A DNA stretch of 64,000 bases from Mobula hypostoma. Taxonomy: Eukaryota. The position numbers and the translations under genes are program-made. The DNA lies in NCBI RefSeq assembly GCF_963921235.1, contig NC_086097.1:151282001-151346000 (forward strand), in the 5' to 3' direction. Under the pieces are notes generated by a model. It saw nothing but the letters and a program-made list of their open reading frames with translations. It was not told the origin of the DNA and did no database searches. The number at the start of each line of letters is the position of its first letter. The stretch's first letter is position 1. Of this stretch, positions 25,336 through 39,690 are shown piece by piece.

Positions 25336-26686
25336 ATAAAGAGGATTTTCAAGGAATTGCAAGTGAAAATATAGGATAAAATAGTTGTTATCTATTACAC
25401 ATGTGGTTGTTGTCTCTGACAAATGCATTTGTAGGAACTTCCACTTTAAAGGCAACAGCATAGACAGCCTGTACTGTGGAGTAGTTTGCTGGGAAAGTTT
25501 GATGCATGAGCTCAAAATTTCAATGAATCTTGTGAGAACTTGCTTATTACAAAACACCACCATCATTTATGAAACGTAATTAATTAACACCCAGATTTTT
25601 ATGTGTATACAGGCACAAATGAGGCTGTATTTCCATGGTATCATTTGAATTATTATATTTCAAACTGGGTATACTTCACCAATGAGAATATGTCAAAATC
25701 AGTTTACAAATATTTCAGTTTGATGAAAATATTTTCCTATTATTCCTACATGTCCAACTGTCACAGATAACTTCTTCAGTCCCAGTACACTGCTTCATCT
25801 GGCCAATTTAGTTTATCGGGAAATCTTCCTGCTTCCTCACATCAGTTACAGCACACTGTCACAAATGTTTCCTGTCAACAAACCAGCTTTGAACATGTGA
25901 GGCAGATGAAGGAGAAAAAAAAATCAATGCTCATCGAGAAATGTCATTGACAGAGTGTCATGCAAAACCTGCAGCTGTTTCAAGATCACAATGTTTAAGT
26001 ATCGTGTTGACAATGTAATTTGTATTGCATTGCATCAAGACAGTGTGTCTATGAGAAAACAAGAGAGATCACTGTTTTGTACATGCTGAATCTTCTCCAT
26101 GAAGAAATTGATAAATCTGATAATGTTAAAGAATGCTATATTTAACCAGGAACTTGGACTGTCTCGAAGGTAGTGTCTGTGATAATGAGAAAATATTAGC
26201 TCATATTTTGGATTAAAGTCACTTCCTTAAGAGCAGGAAATGGTATGAAGCTGAACAAATGCATCCGTCTTATCACACATAATGATCTTATCATTGTATT
26301 GCTTATCTTACCTGCTCAGAAATATAGCTATTTGCAATTTGCCTTGCTCACAGAGGCCAACTTCATTCATTTTTGACTATCTGCCTTATCATTTCACTAC
26401 GTCCTAAGCTTTGATTTTTGTGGGTGACATTCCTAGTAAGGGGAAGATGTGGAGTCATTTGCAATTTTGAAAATCATTATTTCATCTTTTGTATAAATGA
26501 AACAAAATCTCATTGAATAAATCTCATTCCATGGAATATTCTAAAACAGGCTCATCTCGAATGTTTAATTTGGAGTCGTTACTATGTGGAGCTACTAATA
26601 ATCATGCAACATATGTCACATAGTAGACTCAACTGTAGAAAAAAACTACTAATCATCCATATAAATAACACTCCCATCTACAACCC

Positions 26687-29250
26687 ATAGAACTACAGAA
26701 CCATAGAAACTACAGCACAGAAACAGGCCCTTTGGCCCTTCTTGGCTATGCCGAACCATTTTCTGCCTAGTCCCACGGACCTGCACACGGACCATATCCC
26801 TCCATACACCTCCCATCCATGTATCTGTCCAATTTATTCTTAAATGTTAAAAAAGAACCCGCATTTACCACCTCGTCTGGCAGCTCATTCCATACTCCTA
26901 CCACTCTCTGTGTGAAGAAGCCCCCCACAATGTTCCCTTTAAACTTTTCCCCCCTCACCCTTAACCCATGTCCTCTGGTTTTTTCTCCCCTTGCTGCTGT
27001 GGAAAAAGCCTGCTTGCATTCACTCTATCTATACCCATCATAATTTTATATACCTCTATCAAATCTCCCCTCATTCTTCTACGCTCCAGGGAATAAAGTC
27101 CCAACCTATTCAACCTTTCTCTGTAACTGAGTTTCTCAAGTCCCGGCAACATCCTTGTAAACCTTCTCTGCACTCTTTCAACCTTATTTATATCCTTCCT
27201 GTAATTTGGTGACCAAAACTGAACACAATACTCCAGATTTGGCCTCACCAATGACTTATACAACCTCATCATAACATTCCAGCTTTTATACTCAATACAA
27301 CGAATAATAAAGGCCAATGTACCAAAAGCTCTCTTTACGACCCTATCTACCTGTGACGACACTTTTAGGGAATTTTGTATCTGTATTCCCAGATCCCTCT
27401 GTACCACTGCACTCCTCAGTGCCTTACCATTAACCCTGTATGTTCTACGTTGGTTTGTCCTTCCAACGTGCAATACCTCACACTTGTCAGTATTAAACTC
27501 CATCTGCCATTTTTCAGCCCATTTTTCCAGCTGGTCCAAGTCCCTCTGCAGGCTCTGAAAACCTTCCTCACTGTCTACTACACCTCCAATCTTTGTATCA
27601 TCAGCAAACTTGCTGATCCAATTTACCACATTATCATCCAGATCATTGATATAGATGACAAATAACAATGGACCCAGCACTGATCCCTGTGGCACACCAC
27701 TAGTCACAGGCCTCCACTCCGAGAAGCAATTTTCTACCACCACTCTGTGGCTTCTTCCATCGAGCCAATGTCCAATCCAATTTACCACCTCTCCATGTAT
27801 ACCTAGCGACTGAATTTTCCTAACTAACCTCCCATGCGGGACCTTGTCAAAGGCCTTACTGAAGTCCATGTAGACAATATCCACTGCCTTCCCTTCATCC
27901 ACTTTCCTGGTAACCTCCTCGAAAAATTCCAACAGATTGGTCAAACATGACCTACCACACACAAAGCCATGTTGACTCTCCCTAATAAGCCCCTGTCTAT
28001 CCAAATGCTTGTAGATTCTGTCTCTTAGTACTCTCTCCAATAACTTACCTACTACTGACATTAAACTCACTGGCCTATAATTTCCCGGATTACTTTTCGA
28101 TCCTTTTTTAAACAACGGAACAACATGAGCCACTCTCCAATCCTCCAGCACTTCGCCTGTAGACAGCAACATTTTAAATATTTCTGCCAGGGCCCCCGCA
28201 ATTTCAACACTAGTCTCCTTCAAGGTCCAAGGGAACACCCTGTCAGGTCCCGGGGATTTATCCACTTTAATTTTCCTCAAGACAGCAAGCACCTCTTCCT
28301 TTTCAATCTGTACAGTTGCCATGGTCTCACTACTTGATTCCCTCAATTCCATAGATTTCATGCCAGCTTCGTTAGTAAATACAGACGCAAAAAACCTATT
28401 TAAGATCTCCCCCATTTCCTTTGGTTCCGCACAAAGCCAACCACTCTGATCTTCAAGAGGACCAATTTTATCCCTTACAATCCTTTTGCTCTTAATATAC
28501 TTGTAAAAGCTCTTTGGATTATCCTTCACTTTGACTGCCAAGGCAACCTCATGTCTTCTTTTTGCCCTCCTGATTTCTTTCTTAAGTATTTTCTTGCACT
28601 TCTTATACTCCTCAAGCACCTGATTTACCCCCTGTTTCCTATACATTTCATACAACTCCCTCTTCTTCTTTATCAGAGTTGCAATATCCCTTGAGAACCA
28701 ATGTTCCTTATCCCTATTCAATTTGCCTTTAACCCTGACAGGAACATACAAACTCTGCACTCTCAAAATTTCCCCTTTGAAGGGGAATTTCCCCTTCAAA
28801 ATTTCCCCTTTCCCACCTACCAATCACATCTTTGCCAGAGAACAACCTGTCCCAATCCACGCTTTTCAGATCCTTTCTCATTTCTTCAAATTTGGCCTTC
28901 TTCCAGTTCAGAACCTCAACCCTAGGACCAGATCTATCCTTGTCCATGATCAAATTGAAACTAATGGCGTTATGATCACTGGAACCAAAGTGCTCCCCTA
29001 CACAGACTTCCGTCACTTGTCCTAACTCGTTTCCTAACAGGAGATCCAATATTGCATCCCATCTAGTTGGTCCCTCTATATACTGATTTAGAAAACTTTC
29101 CTGAACACATTTTACAAACTCTAAACCATCTAGACCCCTAACAGTATGGGAGCCCCAATCAATGTATGGAAAATTAAAATCCCCTACCCCCACAACTTTA
29201 TGTTTCCTGCAGTTGTCTGCTATCTCTCTGCAGATTTGCTCTTCCAAGTC
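26687..29250 (-). mobile_element. Young 5'-truncated CR1 LINE (ORF2 APE part + RT)
   Basis: 620-aa ORF 26961-28823 (NYRPVSL, YMDFSKAFDKV, GVPQGSVLGP, FADDTK) and APE ORF 28729-29259 (GDFNFP, SDHN). Possible TSD CAACCC at 26681 and 29251. Confidence 0.95.
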
Positions 29251-29289
29251 CAACCCCATTCAAGTCCAAAGAAACAACCTTGCCTTTGG

Positions 29290-30935
29290 AAACAGAAGAA
29301 ATTGCAAATGCTGGAATTAGGAGCTAAAAATACAAGCTGCTAGAGAAACTCAACAGGTTAAGCAACATCTTTGCAGGGAAGGGGTGGCCATTGTTTTGGG
29401 TCAAGAACCTGGTTCAGGACTGAAAATGCAACGGGAAGAAAGCCAGTGTGAAGAGGTGAGAGGGAGGCATGAGATAATGGCTGGTAGGTGACAGGTGGAA
29501 CTGTGCAAGGTGGGAAATGATGGTCAGATGGTGTCAGGTGGAGGAGAGAGAGAAGGAGTTTTGAGATGGAGCTATAAGTGATACGTGGAAACAGATAAAA
29601 AAAAATAAATATAGCATATTAGGCTGGAAGCTGATGTAATATCATATGACCATAAGGTACAGGAGCCCAATTAGGCAATTTAGCCCTTCAATGTGAAACT
29701 GGACAGAGAAGGGATTATGCACGAATAGAACCAATGGGAGAGTGTATCAAATAGGTGATGTGGGTGGTGGGCAGATCAAATCAAGTGGGGACAGTAATAA
29801 ATCTAGTTAATGGGGAGGGGGGAATAGGAAAGATGAACAAAGAGAGAGAGAACCTAGATGGCCCAATATTAATGGAAAGGAACACCGAAGGAACATAGGG
29901 AATGTGAATGACCTGAAACTATAGGCTAGCTATGCAGAATATCACATGCTGTTCTTCTAGTTGGGAGAAGGCTGACAATAGGCAGGTTAGTGTGGGAAAA
30001 AGATGGGGACCTAAAATGACAGGCAAACAGAATTCAAGGAAGCCATTGAGTAGAATGCAGGTTATTTGCAGAACAGTCGCCCAGTCCATGCTTGGGCTCG
30101 CAGATGTAGAGGAGACCCACAATAAAAGAGGTTGAAGGAGGTGCACATGAACCACTGCTACAACCAAAGATGTTCTTTAGTTCCCTGTATGAGATGAAAA
30201 AGGAGGTGTAGGGACAAGTGTTGCACCTCCTACATTTTCAGGGAAAAGTACCAGGAGATGGGTTGGAGTGAGTAGAACGAGATCAGTAGACCTAGGGATG
30301 ATGGGGAAAATGGTCCCTGTGGACAGCAGAAAGTGGGGCACTGATGGTAGGATTCATTTGAGGCTGGTGGAACTGATAAACTGATGAAGGTGAGCACTAG
30401 AGGAAACCTGTTTGCTTTAGAGGAAGGTGGGATGACAGCAGGCATCCGGGGAAATGAACGAAACATAAGTGAGGCCTCCGCCAAATCTGCTAGGGGCAAA
30501 GACATTTTTCCTGAAAAAGGAGGACATCTGATGTGTTCTGGAGTGGAAGACTTTATTTGAAAACAAATGTAGTAGAGACAGAGAAACTAAGAGTAAAGGA
30601 TTATGTCTTTACAGGAGGCTGGGTGGGATGAAGTATAGCTGAGATAGCTAAGTGGGATGGGGTGTTTAGATGAATAGTTAATCTTCTGAGAAGGAAACTG
30701 AGAGATCTACAAAAGGGAAAGGTGTCAGAAATGGTCTATGAATTTGAGGATAAGGTGGAAGTTAGCTGCAAAGGTTACAACATTGACAAGATCTCCACAA
30801 GTGTAGGGAGTGGAACTAATTCAATTGTTGATGTGCCAGAGAAAGATTTGAGGAAGGGTACCAGAATAGGTCTGGAACAAGGGCTGTTCCACATTGCCAA
30901 AGAAAAGACAGGATTGTCTGGTGGCCTATAGGAGT
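29290..30935 (-). mobile_element. Old Penelope-like element remnant
   Basis: Decayed terminal repeat at 29295-29425, purine-rich UTR, and remnants LEEQHVIFC (29919-30167) and RFPLVLTF (30230-30505) that are collinear with 4560-6055. Confidence 0.75.
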
Positions 30936-33900
30936 GCTACTTTTTTGGTTTGTAAGATATAGGAGAAATTGAAAGAGAGAAAGACAATTTGTCTTTCTCT
31001 CTTTGTTGTTAAAAACAGTAAGGGACCAATCGGCTTTGATTGTTCTGGTGTAAAAGAGAGGGATGGGTTTTAGTGGATCTCTGCCCATCAAGTAAATGCA
31101 TTGCAGAAGAAACTTAAAAAGTAGGTGATTTTTCAATACTAGAAAGATTTTCAGAACTATGGATAATATTTTCACAGGTGAGCTGACTTCAGAGGAATCA
31201 AATGTGTGCAAATAAGCACAACTATTACCTAACATTCTCACAACCATTTTTGTGACAGTATTCAAAGATGTTTCTCCCACAGTGGCTTATGATTACCTCT
31301 AGCAAAATGACAATCAAAGTAGAAATTTGAGAAAGAAAAAAGAAATGAGCCTCGCATATTTGCAAATTTCTTTAAAAGTCATAACTAGAGAGACAAGGAT
31401 GATCTATTTGAGGATTTTGACAGAAACTGATAGATGAAAAGAAAGATTTTCTGCAGGCTAAGTGACTTCGGACAAGAAGACAATATCATTTTAGAGAGAA
31501 ATTAGAAATACTTCCTAAGAAAATCAGGGGATGCACATTTAATTAGCTATTTTAAATCTAAAAATTATTGATTTTTACCAACGATGGGTATGGTTAAGGT
31601 TATAAAACTAACACAAGTCATTGTGTTAGATCTTTTGAATGACATACCAGGTTTGAAAGGACTATTTACTTATTTGTCTTACTGCTGGTAATACATTCCT
31701 AAGCAGAGTGTATCTTTTGATGAGAAAAGATTTTCAACACATTTAATTATCATTCCAGAATACTCGGTAAAATTATAATTATTTTTATCAAGTCCAGTTC
31801 CTTGTCTGAACCACTTTAATATTTTCAGTATTCTTCATCCTATATGTATACTTGTTCATTTTTATTAATTGATTTGTTTATTGATTGTAAATTTTACCAG
31901 CAACGTCAACATTTATTGTTCATTCATGGAACTGAGGAATTAGTTAAGTGCTAACCACAGTACTACCAGGAAGTTCTACAATTAAACCCAGCACCCCTGA
32001 ATCCGAAACGGAAGTCAAGAGAAGTGTATGTATTTCCCATCAAATGAGCTTGGTCAAGTCTATTTGTGTTTACTTGAACAAGTGTGGATGGACAAAGCCA
32101 CTTAGCGAAAGCACATAAGGAAAAAAGAAAGATAATTAATTGCTTTCAGAGCGAGGAAGGATATTAAGAGGAAAAGAAAATGGATACATTATTGAGGATA
32201 TGAAAAAAAACATCCACTCCATTAATTTTGATTACTCTATGGTTAAATTGCCATTGACCTTGTCAACAGTTCTCCTGAAGCACTCAGTTTCCCAAACGAG
32301 ATTATCTTAAAATCTTCAAAAAAATGCCGAATTTCTCTAGAAACCAAAATGAAGTGCATTTTATATCTTGATTTGTTTAGACCTAACTATTGTGCAGAAG
32401 GCTTTCTAAAGCATGGGATGTCTTTATGAATTCCATAATCTAATCATTCAATCCAGCAATAAAGAGATGGTTTTCAAATGAAAGTGTCCTTCATAGCGTG
32501 GGAATTCTTTACAGCATGTCACATTGATGACTGACAAAATGTGACTGTCCCAAGGAGTAGCAAGATAAATGTGGAAAGGATTTGCAAATACAGTGGTAGA
32601 GGTCATGGGATGGATCCTCTCACAAGAAGATAATTATTTACTTTGGGCTTCTCAAGCTCTTTCTCCTTTTAGGTTTTAATAGTTGTTGTTAATCTGGATT
32701 TGAAAGACTGACAACATGTCTCATACCATTCTGAAGCTACAGCAACACTGTTAATGCCAAGAGTTACAAATCAATATTGATCTGCAAGTAACAAGCAATC
32801 TGCTAGAAGAACTCAGCAGGTCAAGCAACATCTACAGAAGGAAAGGAATTGTTGATGTTTGAGGTTGAAACTCTGCAACTGTTGATCTAAAAGTATTGTG
32901 CTATATAGAGCACTTGAACAGCCCTGCTTATTCTCATTTTAATTACCAAACCAATTTCCACATTTTATTTTAAGTTGACTTCGTAAATATTTACTACTTA
33001 CATAAAAATGTAAGAAGCCAGAGCCCCTTGAATCTACTCTGTCAGTCAGCCAACAACCGATCCAAACACCACTCTTCTGCCCCTGCCCTCTGTGCATACC
33101 CTTTGAGTCCCTTGAGTTCAAATGTCTGTTGACTTGCACCATGACTGTTCTCAGAGGACAAAGAAGAGTATTCTAATTTCTATTTGAGATTTAATGTTAG
33201 TCCCATGCCATTTCATTCTTTCCTCATAGCCAACGTTAAATGATCTGATTACATCTGCATAATTCATGCCTTTCATCATTGAAGTCCAGTTAATATAAGT
33301 TGACATTGCAGAGAGCAGATCTCATGGTACTTTAGATATAGATAAAATGTTTTTTCTGTTTCTTAGTATTTCAATAAATTCACATCACAAGGTAATGCAA
33401 ATGTTGGATGCATTCTGTGGCCACAATTGGTAAAAATCTGCTTCTTGAGTTACATAAAATGACTTTGAATGCATACAAGTGCTCTCAAATGTAAAACCAC
33501 AAGACTAAATTTAGATTTATTTGATCATAGGCATACTGAATGAAAAAAGTAGTCATATTTCCACAAACTATCAGAAAAAAGAACATAATGATTTTCATAT
33601 GACTCTTATCGCCGTTGCTGTATAGGAAAATACAGCAATCATTTATGCTCATTTAGGTTTTACAAGATTAAATTTTGCTATTTTTCATATCATTCACCAA
33701 GGGAGGAACTTTGGCCAAGGCAGAAGGAAAGTCCATATTTCTCTATGAATAGCTGCATTAGAATCTTTAGGCTGTCAGAGCTAAAAGGCTTCAGTTTAGC
33801 ATTATTTTTAGTTTATTCTCTCTTAGTGTATTCCACTAACAAAAAGGCATTTTTTTAATCTATCCTTAGAAATAGAATGGAATCATATGCCTCTTCAAAT

Positions 33901-34381
33901 CAACTTGTTTAGGCCAAGGCAAGCGTTGAATCTTACAGAACATGATTGAATCAGTTAGATTCTTGCAACAATCCAACATTTTTGTTGTTATTTTAGCAAC
34001 ATGTTTATTTGCATTTTACTTTCAAATATAACTAAAATTCTCAAATTGCCTTGAGAGGATTGAAGTCACACTTACAGTAAGTTAAGCCCGGAGATATGGA
34101 TTATAGGCCCATCTATTACACTACTGTTTAAGCCAATGTTTAGGAGTGTTGACTCCATTCTCTCTACAATGGACCCTTTTCTTAGACCGTAAATCCTGGA
34201 GTAAACAATGGGACATTAGTTTAGGAGTTTTCCAAGGCCTGGATATCCAAGAATTTTCACAATGTTTATTTTACATATCTGATAGAGAAATTACATCGCG
34301 CACTTAAGTGCAACTCACACAGAAAAATTTCTGGTAATTTTTCAAAGGGATAAAATTTGATCCAAAAATAATCCTTATCAC

Positions 34382-35205
34382 CTTACTCAAAGCCGATACA
34401 CCTGGTGACACAACCAGGTGCTACGGTGTCTTGCAGCAGTGCTGGAAAGTCGGCGGATGTGCGTCAACGCTCTCCCTCTCCCTTCATCCCGCTGGCCGTT
34501 AACAGCATTTGTCCGGGAAGGTGAGAGTCAAGCCAGACTCGATACATCGAGACCAGACCGGTACCGGGAGGCTAGGCAGGGCACATGATTGGAAGATGAT
34601 GGCAGACTTAGGCCAGAGGCTCTGCTTCCCAACTGAAATTGTGGAAACCAACCTCAGACCAGACCTTGTGCTATGATCGGCCTCGCTCCATCTGGTTTAC
34701 ATCATTGAGCTGACAGTGCCTGGGAGGATGCAGTGGAGGAGGCCTACGAGCGCAAGAAGCTGAGGTATGCTGAGCTTTCAGCCGATGTGCAACAACATGG
34801 CTGGAGAGCAAGGGTCCAACCCGTCGAATTAGGCTGCAGAGGATTTGTAGCCACATCAACATCAAGGCTACTCCGGGAGTCGAGAGTGTGAGGGAAGACA
34901 CACCGACAAGCAGTCAAAGATCTCTCCAGAGCTGCTGAAAAGGGTAGTCAGTGGCTCTGGATGAAGAGAAAGGATTCCATCTGGGCCCCAAGTGAGTGAA
35001 AGGCATCTAGGGGGTGAGCCCGGGACGCCGGGATTCACTGCTGAACCCTCCGGAGGTGTCGTGGGCCTATCAGCAAAACACTGAGGAAAGAGGGCGCCCA
35101 CTTGATAACCCAGAAGATGCCACCACACAGTTGGCCACCCCACAGAGTCTAGGCAGCATGTCTTAGGAGAGCAAAGAAGGGATATTAACATCTCATCCTA
35201 CATAA
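34382..35205 (+). mobile_element. HERO (R2-group) non-LTR retrotransposon 3' fragment with restriction-like endonuclease
   Basis: Translates (with stops and frameshifts) to RYTW*HNQVLRCLAAVLE..LRPDLVL..IIELTVP..EAYERKKLRYAEL..PVELGCRGF..QWLWMKR. These are the RHN, PD-E and K-x-K-Y motifs of RLE domains. Stop at ~34999, then 3' UTR. Confidence 0.85.
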
Positions 35206-35960
35206 CATACTTTTTCACTTGAGGATGACATGAGATGTTAAAACAAACACTACTGCAGAATCAAATTGCTAAACATCTGTCCTTTTGCAATAATTTTAAA
35301 AAATGTATTCACAGTAGAAGTCAAGATGGATGTTTGTGTGACATTAATCAACATTGTGGTTGTTAAGGAAACAAATTTACTCAATAACTCCAAAATAAAT
35401 GTTATCAAAATGGTCCCAGCTTCTGCTTTATGACACCCCGGGTTATAGAGGAGAGAGTATTAGCACCTGATTTAGGCAGTCACCTGGCAAACAACCTGGA
35501 CATTATTACATACACACATTATCACATACTCTTCGGAAGAATGAAAGGAAGATTGGTGGAAGACAGTGATAAATAGTGCATCTGCCTGCTTCTAAAGAGG
35601 GTCAGTAGTGTCTTATGGGTATATGCGAGAGTGTGCCTAATGGTTCAGCTTTGTTTTGGCCTCAGTTAGCTGTCCAAAACTACCTACTGGAAGTGATTCC
35701 TTATTTCATGGATTCAATTTGCATTTTCAATATCAGAACAAGATATATATCAAAGATCTTGGATCTTTAGGTAACCCTAATCTACCTAAAAAACTCGGTA
35801 CACAATTTTTCAATATATCTAATGCCAGGGCAATTCTCAGCAAGTGCATTGCTTTGTATTCAAATATTCTGTATCCTTCAGAAGCTGGTTTTGGCGAGAA
35901 AAAAAGAAAACAGACTCCATCTATTTGAATTCTGATTTAGCTTATGGTTACTGTCTAGAG

Positions 35961-38400
35961 CAGTGGTTCTTAACCTGGGGTCCATGGACCACTCGGGGGT
36001 CTGTGAATATATTCCAGGGGTCCATGAACATGGATGAGAAAAAAATTACATCTTTGTATTCACTAACCTCGAACTGAAATTGAGCATTTCCATCAATTAT
36101 GAATGTAGGCAACAAACCACAGTAGTATTAGCAGTACCTGGGACTTTACATTACAGTTGTTACAAATATCTCAGAATATTGTTCACAGCACGTTCACCAC
36201 TACTTCAAAATTATGGTAGTTATTAGACCCGCCATTAGATTGAACATGATCTCAGTCTTCCTGTCTGCAGATGCTCATGCGATGCAACTATCAGGCAGCA
36301 CTGCACCTCGTTGTCGTTCAGCCGCCAAACGGTGAGGTCACACGTTCTTACATTTGTGACCCAGATATCTAAGTTGCTCTCCATTATTCCCTATCAATAA
36401 TTGCATGTTGATCAATGCATGGAAGTAGATGAGTTGTTTTGTAAAACTGGACAGATCAAATAAGAATTCTTAATTCTCCATAAGTCTGCGCCCCGTTTTA
36501 TAAGATAGGTGTGCAAACTGCGCGTGTAGACCAGGCAAATTCAAACGCATCTGATAGTTGGTTAACTGTTGGATAACTGTTGAAATGTGTTATTTAAAGT
36601 AGCATCTTATTATTGCCAACAGATTGCGAAGTGAATCAGGTTACACACAGTGTTGAAAGTGATGTGAGTAGCAGAGGTTCATTTTTTTTTGTTTTACTCT
36701 TCATTCTTCCTTTATCTACAATGTATGTCTTATGAAGTAAAGATGTATACAAGCTGTATGTTTTACAAGTGGTGTCCGTGTATTATTATTCCGTGAAAAT
36801 AATGCACATCTTAAAAACAAATATGCAAAAATACTGCGAACTAAATCAGAAATGAGAACCATTACTTCTAGGAAGCTACAGAAAGCCATGCAACTCCATG
36901 TGCATCAATAGCCACATTCCAGGAAGGACATGACACCGTTGCTACTGCTGTAATCCTTGTGTCTATCTCAGCATCTAAAAGCTATTAAAAGTGTTAAAAC
37001 TTTGGATAAAATGTAAAACCTGCCTTAGTTTACTTACTTAGCAGACAAAGATATTGAGTTTCAATAAATGTCAATTGGATCAAATATTTTATTTTAGCTT
37101 TATTTATGTTATATTGTTTTGCAGACCCAATTTAAGTTGAAATGTTGAAGGAAAGGAAGTATGGTGAAAAAGTTGGGACTCTTCCAAGACTTGGATTTGC
37201 CATTTCACAAAAACGTTTTCTTGAAGCATCCTATAAAGTTGCTTACTGGATTGCCAAACAAAAGAAGCCCCACTCAATTGGAGAGACTTTGGTAGAGTCA
37301 TGTGCACTGGAAATGATTGAGCTGGTTTGTGGACTGGAACAGAGGAAAGAACTGAAGGGGTTCCCTTATCAATTAATGTGACAGGTTCTAGAATAGTTGA
37401 TATTTCTTTTAACATTTTGAAGCAGGTCATTGAGGAACTGGCAGCCTCGCAATTCCCAATCAGTATGCAAATGAATGCAACTACAGATATCTCTCAATGT
37501 AGTCAGCTCCTTGTTTTCATTTGTTATGTGTATGCTAATAACATCAAAGAAGAATTTTTATTTTGTGAAACCCTTCTGGAAACTACAAAAGCCATTGATG
37601 TTTTGGAAATAGTAAAATGTTTTTTAGCCAAACAAAACTTTAACTGGAAAGAAAAACTTCATACTCTTTGCACAGATGGAGCTCCAGCAAAGCTTGATAT
37701 TACATCCACTTTAGTGAAAAAGGAAGAGAGTAGTAGTTTGCATCTTTAAAAACTTTCAAATGCTGAAGGAAGTGCTTTACCAAGATGGAGTTGAGATTCA
37801 GAATTCTCTGTCAATTTCTTTGAAGAAAGCCATCTACGAACACCTGGAAACACTTCATAACTCTTTCAAAAGTTATTTCCATCTTGATGGCATTAAAGTT
37901 GAACTATGGATCCACGATCCTTTACTTTCTAATATAAACTCTAACAGAGATGTTGATATAGCCAAATCTGAATTCAATGAAAACTTAGTACAATTGGAGT
38001 TTAGCTCAAAAAGCCTTGGAAAATTCTGGTGTTCTTTGAAAGAAGCCTAACCTCGCCAAGTAAGGTAAGCTATAGAAGCTTTAATTCGATTTGCAGCAAC
38101 ATATCTTTGCGAATCAGGAATTTCAACACTTGTAATCATTAAAACAAAAAATCACAATTGATTGGATGTCCCACATGACAGGTGTGTTGCATTGTTAATG
38201 ACCACCCCACAGTTCAATGATCTTTTTCAAGCTAAGCAATGACAACCTTCATACTGATGTCCCTAAAAATAAAACTAAATTTTAACTTGCCTATATTTTA
38301 AATATATAGTCTTGTTATTTAATGTATTAACGAAGAAGCACACATATTACTATATCACAAATTAGTGTTTTTTTAAATATTTTGATAACTATATTTCAAT
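35961..38400 (+). mobile_element. hAT Charlie/Buster-type DNA transposon, decayed, right end not found
   Basis: TIR CAGTGGTTCTTAACCTGGGGTCC follows GTCTAGAG, a Charlie-type target site. Transposase pieces at 37142-38257: ASYKVAYWIAKQKKPHSIGETLV, TTDISQCSQLLVF, CTDGAPA, TYLCESG. Confidence 0.88.
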
Positions 38401-38406
38401 ATAAAC

Positions 38407-38700
38407 CCATAAGATATAGAAGCAGAATTAGGTCATTTGGCCCATCGAGTCTGTTCTGTCATTTCATCATGGGTTATCCAATTTTCCTCTCAACCCCAAT
38501 CTCCTGCCTTCTCCCTGTATCCCTTCATACCCCGACCAATCATGAATCTATCAACCTCTGCCTAAAATATACATGGATTTGTCCTCCACAGTCGCCTGTG
38601 GCAACAGATTCCACAGATTCACCACTTTCTGTCTAAAGAAATACCTCCAATTTCTGTTCTAAATGGATGCCCCTGTATTCTGAGGCTGTGTCCTCTGGCC
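38407..38700 (-). mobile_element. CR1 3' fragment
   Basis: Closely resembles 10040-10330. Confidence 0.8.
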
Positions 38701-38864
38701 TCTATTAAATACAGAAATTGATTAGATGAGACTAATGAGCTGATGAATGAAAAAGCCAAATATAGAAGCTTCAAATCAAAATGTCTGTTTTGTTGGTAAA
38801 GGAAATGAAGGAGAAATGAAGCATTTTGTCATTTCAGAGATGGAATCGATGATTTTTCAAAATT

Positions 38865-39690
38865 GACTTTTGAGATCACTAACAAGGCCAAAATTTGTTG
38901 CTCTTCCCTAAATACCCCTGATTAAGTGATGGTGGTGAGCTGTCTTCTTCAGCTGCTGCAGGCAATCTTTTCAAGATGTACCAGAGGTGCCGTGGAGTTC
39001 CAGGATGATGGAGACGTATCAAGCCAAGATTCAAGCATCTTAGTGGGGCTCTTGCACTTCATGATGGTTGGGTTTTGCAAGGTGTTGTCAGACTAGCCAG
39101 GGTATAGGTAGTTGATGGGTTGCCAAATCAAATTGGCTGCCCTGTGCTGGATAGTTTTGAAGCTCTTTGACAATGAAAGGTGCTGCATTAATCAGGCGAG
39201 CAAACAGTATTCCATGATATTCCTGACACAGCTTACAGATGGTGAAAAGGACCAGGGTGACAAGAAGCAAGTTATTTCTTTGAGAATAGTCTCTGTGCGA
39301 CACTTGTAGCCACTTTGTGGCTGTTCTAGCAGAGTTTCTGATCAATGGTATTCCCTAGGATGCTGACAGTGGGGAGCCAGCTTTGATGACACCATTGAAT
39401 GTGCTAAGGCTCATCACTTGGAAATGGTCATGGCTTGGCATTTTTGTGCTTAAACAATATTTTTCATTACAGCCCATGCCTGAATATTGTCTGGGTCTTG
39501 TTGCAAGCAGGTAATAGACTGCTTCATTTGCTGAGGAACTGTGCATTGAACCAAATATCATGCATTTATTAGCAACTTTCCCAGACATGAACTACTGATG
39601 GAAGTAAGGCCATTGATGAAACATTTGAAGGTGTGTGTACCTGATCATGGCCCTAATGAACTCCTGTGGTGATTTCCTGGAGCTCCAAAC
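38865..39690 (-). mobile_element. Old CR1-type LINE 3' remnant
   Basis: Same decayed family as 2665-3335. Confidence 0.55.

Noticed and set aside
255..27040. Long-range inverted repeat (255-610 vs 26690-27040) as transposon ends
   Set aside because: These are independent insertions of the same young CR1 subfamily in opposite orientation.
26961..28823. 620-aa ORF (and the 559-aa ORF at 49296-50975) as host genes or a novel RT system
   Set aside because: These are standard CR1 ORF2 fragments with 5' truncation and repeat tails.
37142..38257. Domesticated ZBED5/Buster-like gene
   Set aside because: It has multiple frameshifts, stops and deletions, and a TIR is present, so it is a decayed transposon.
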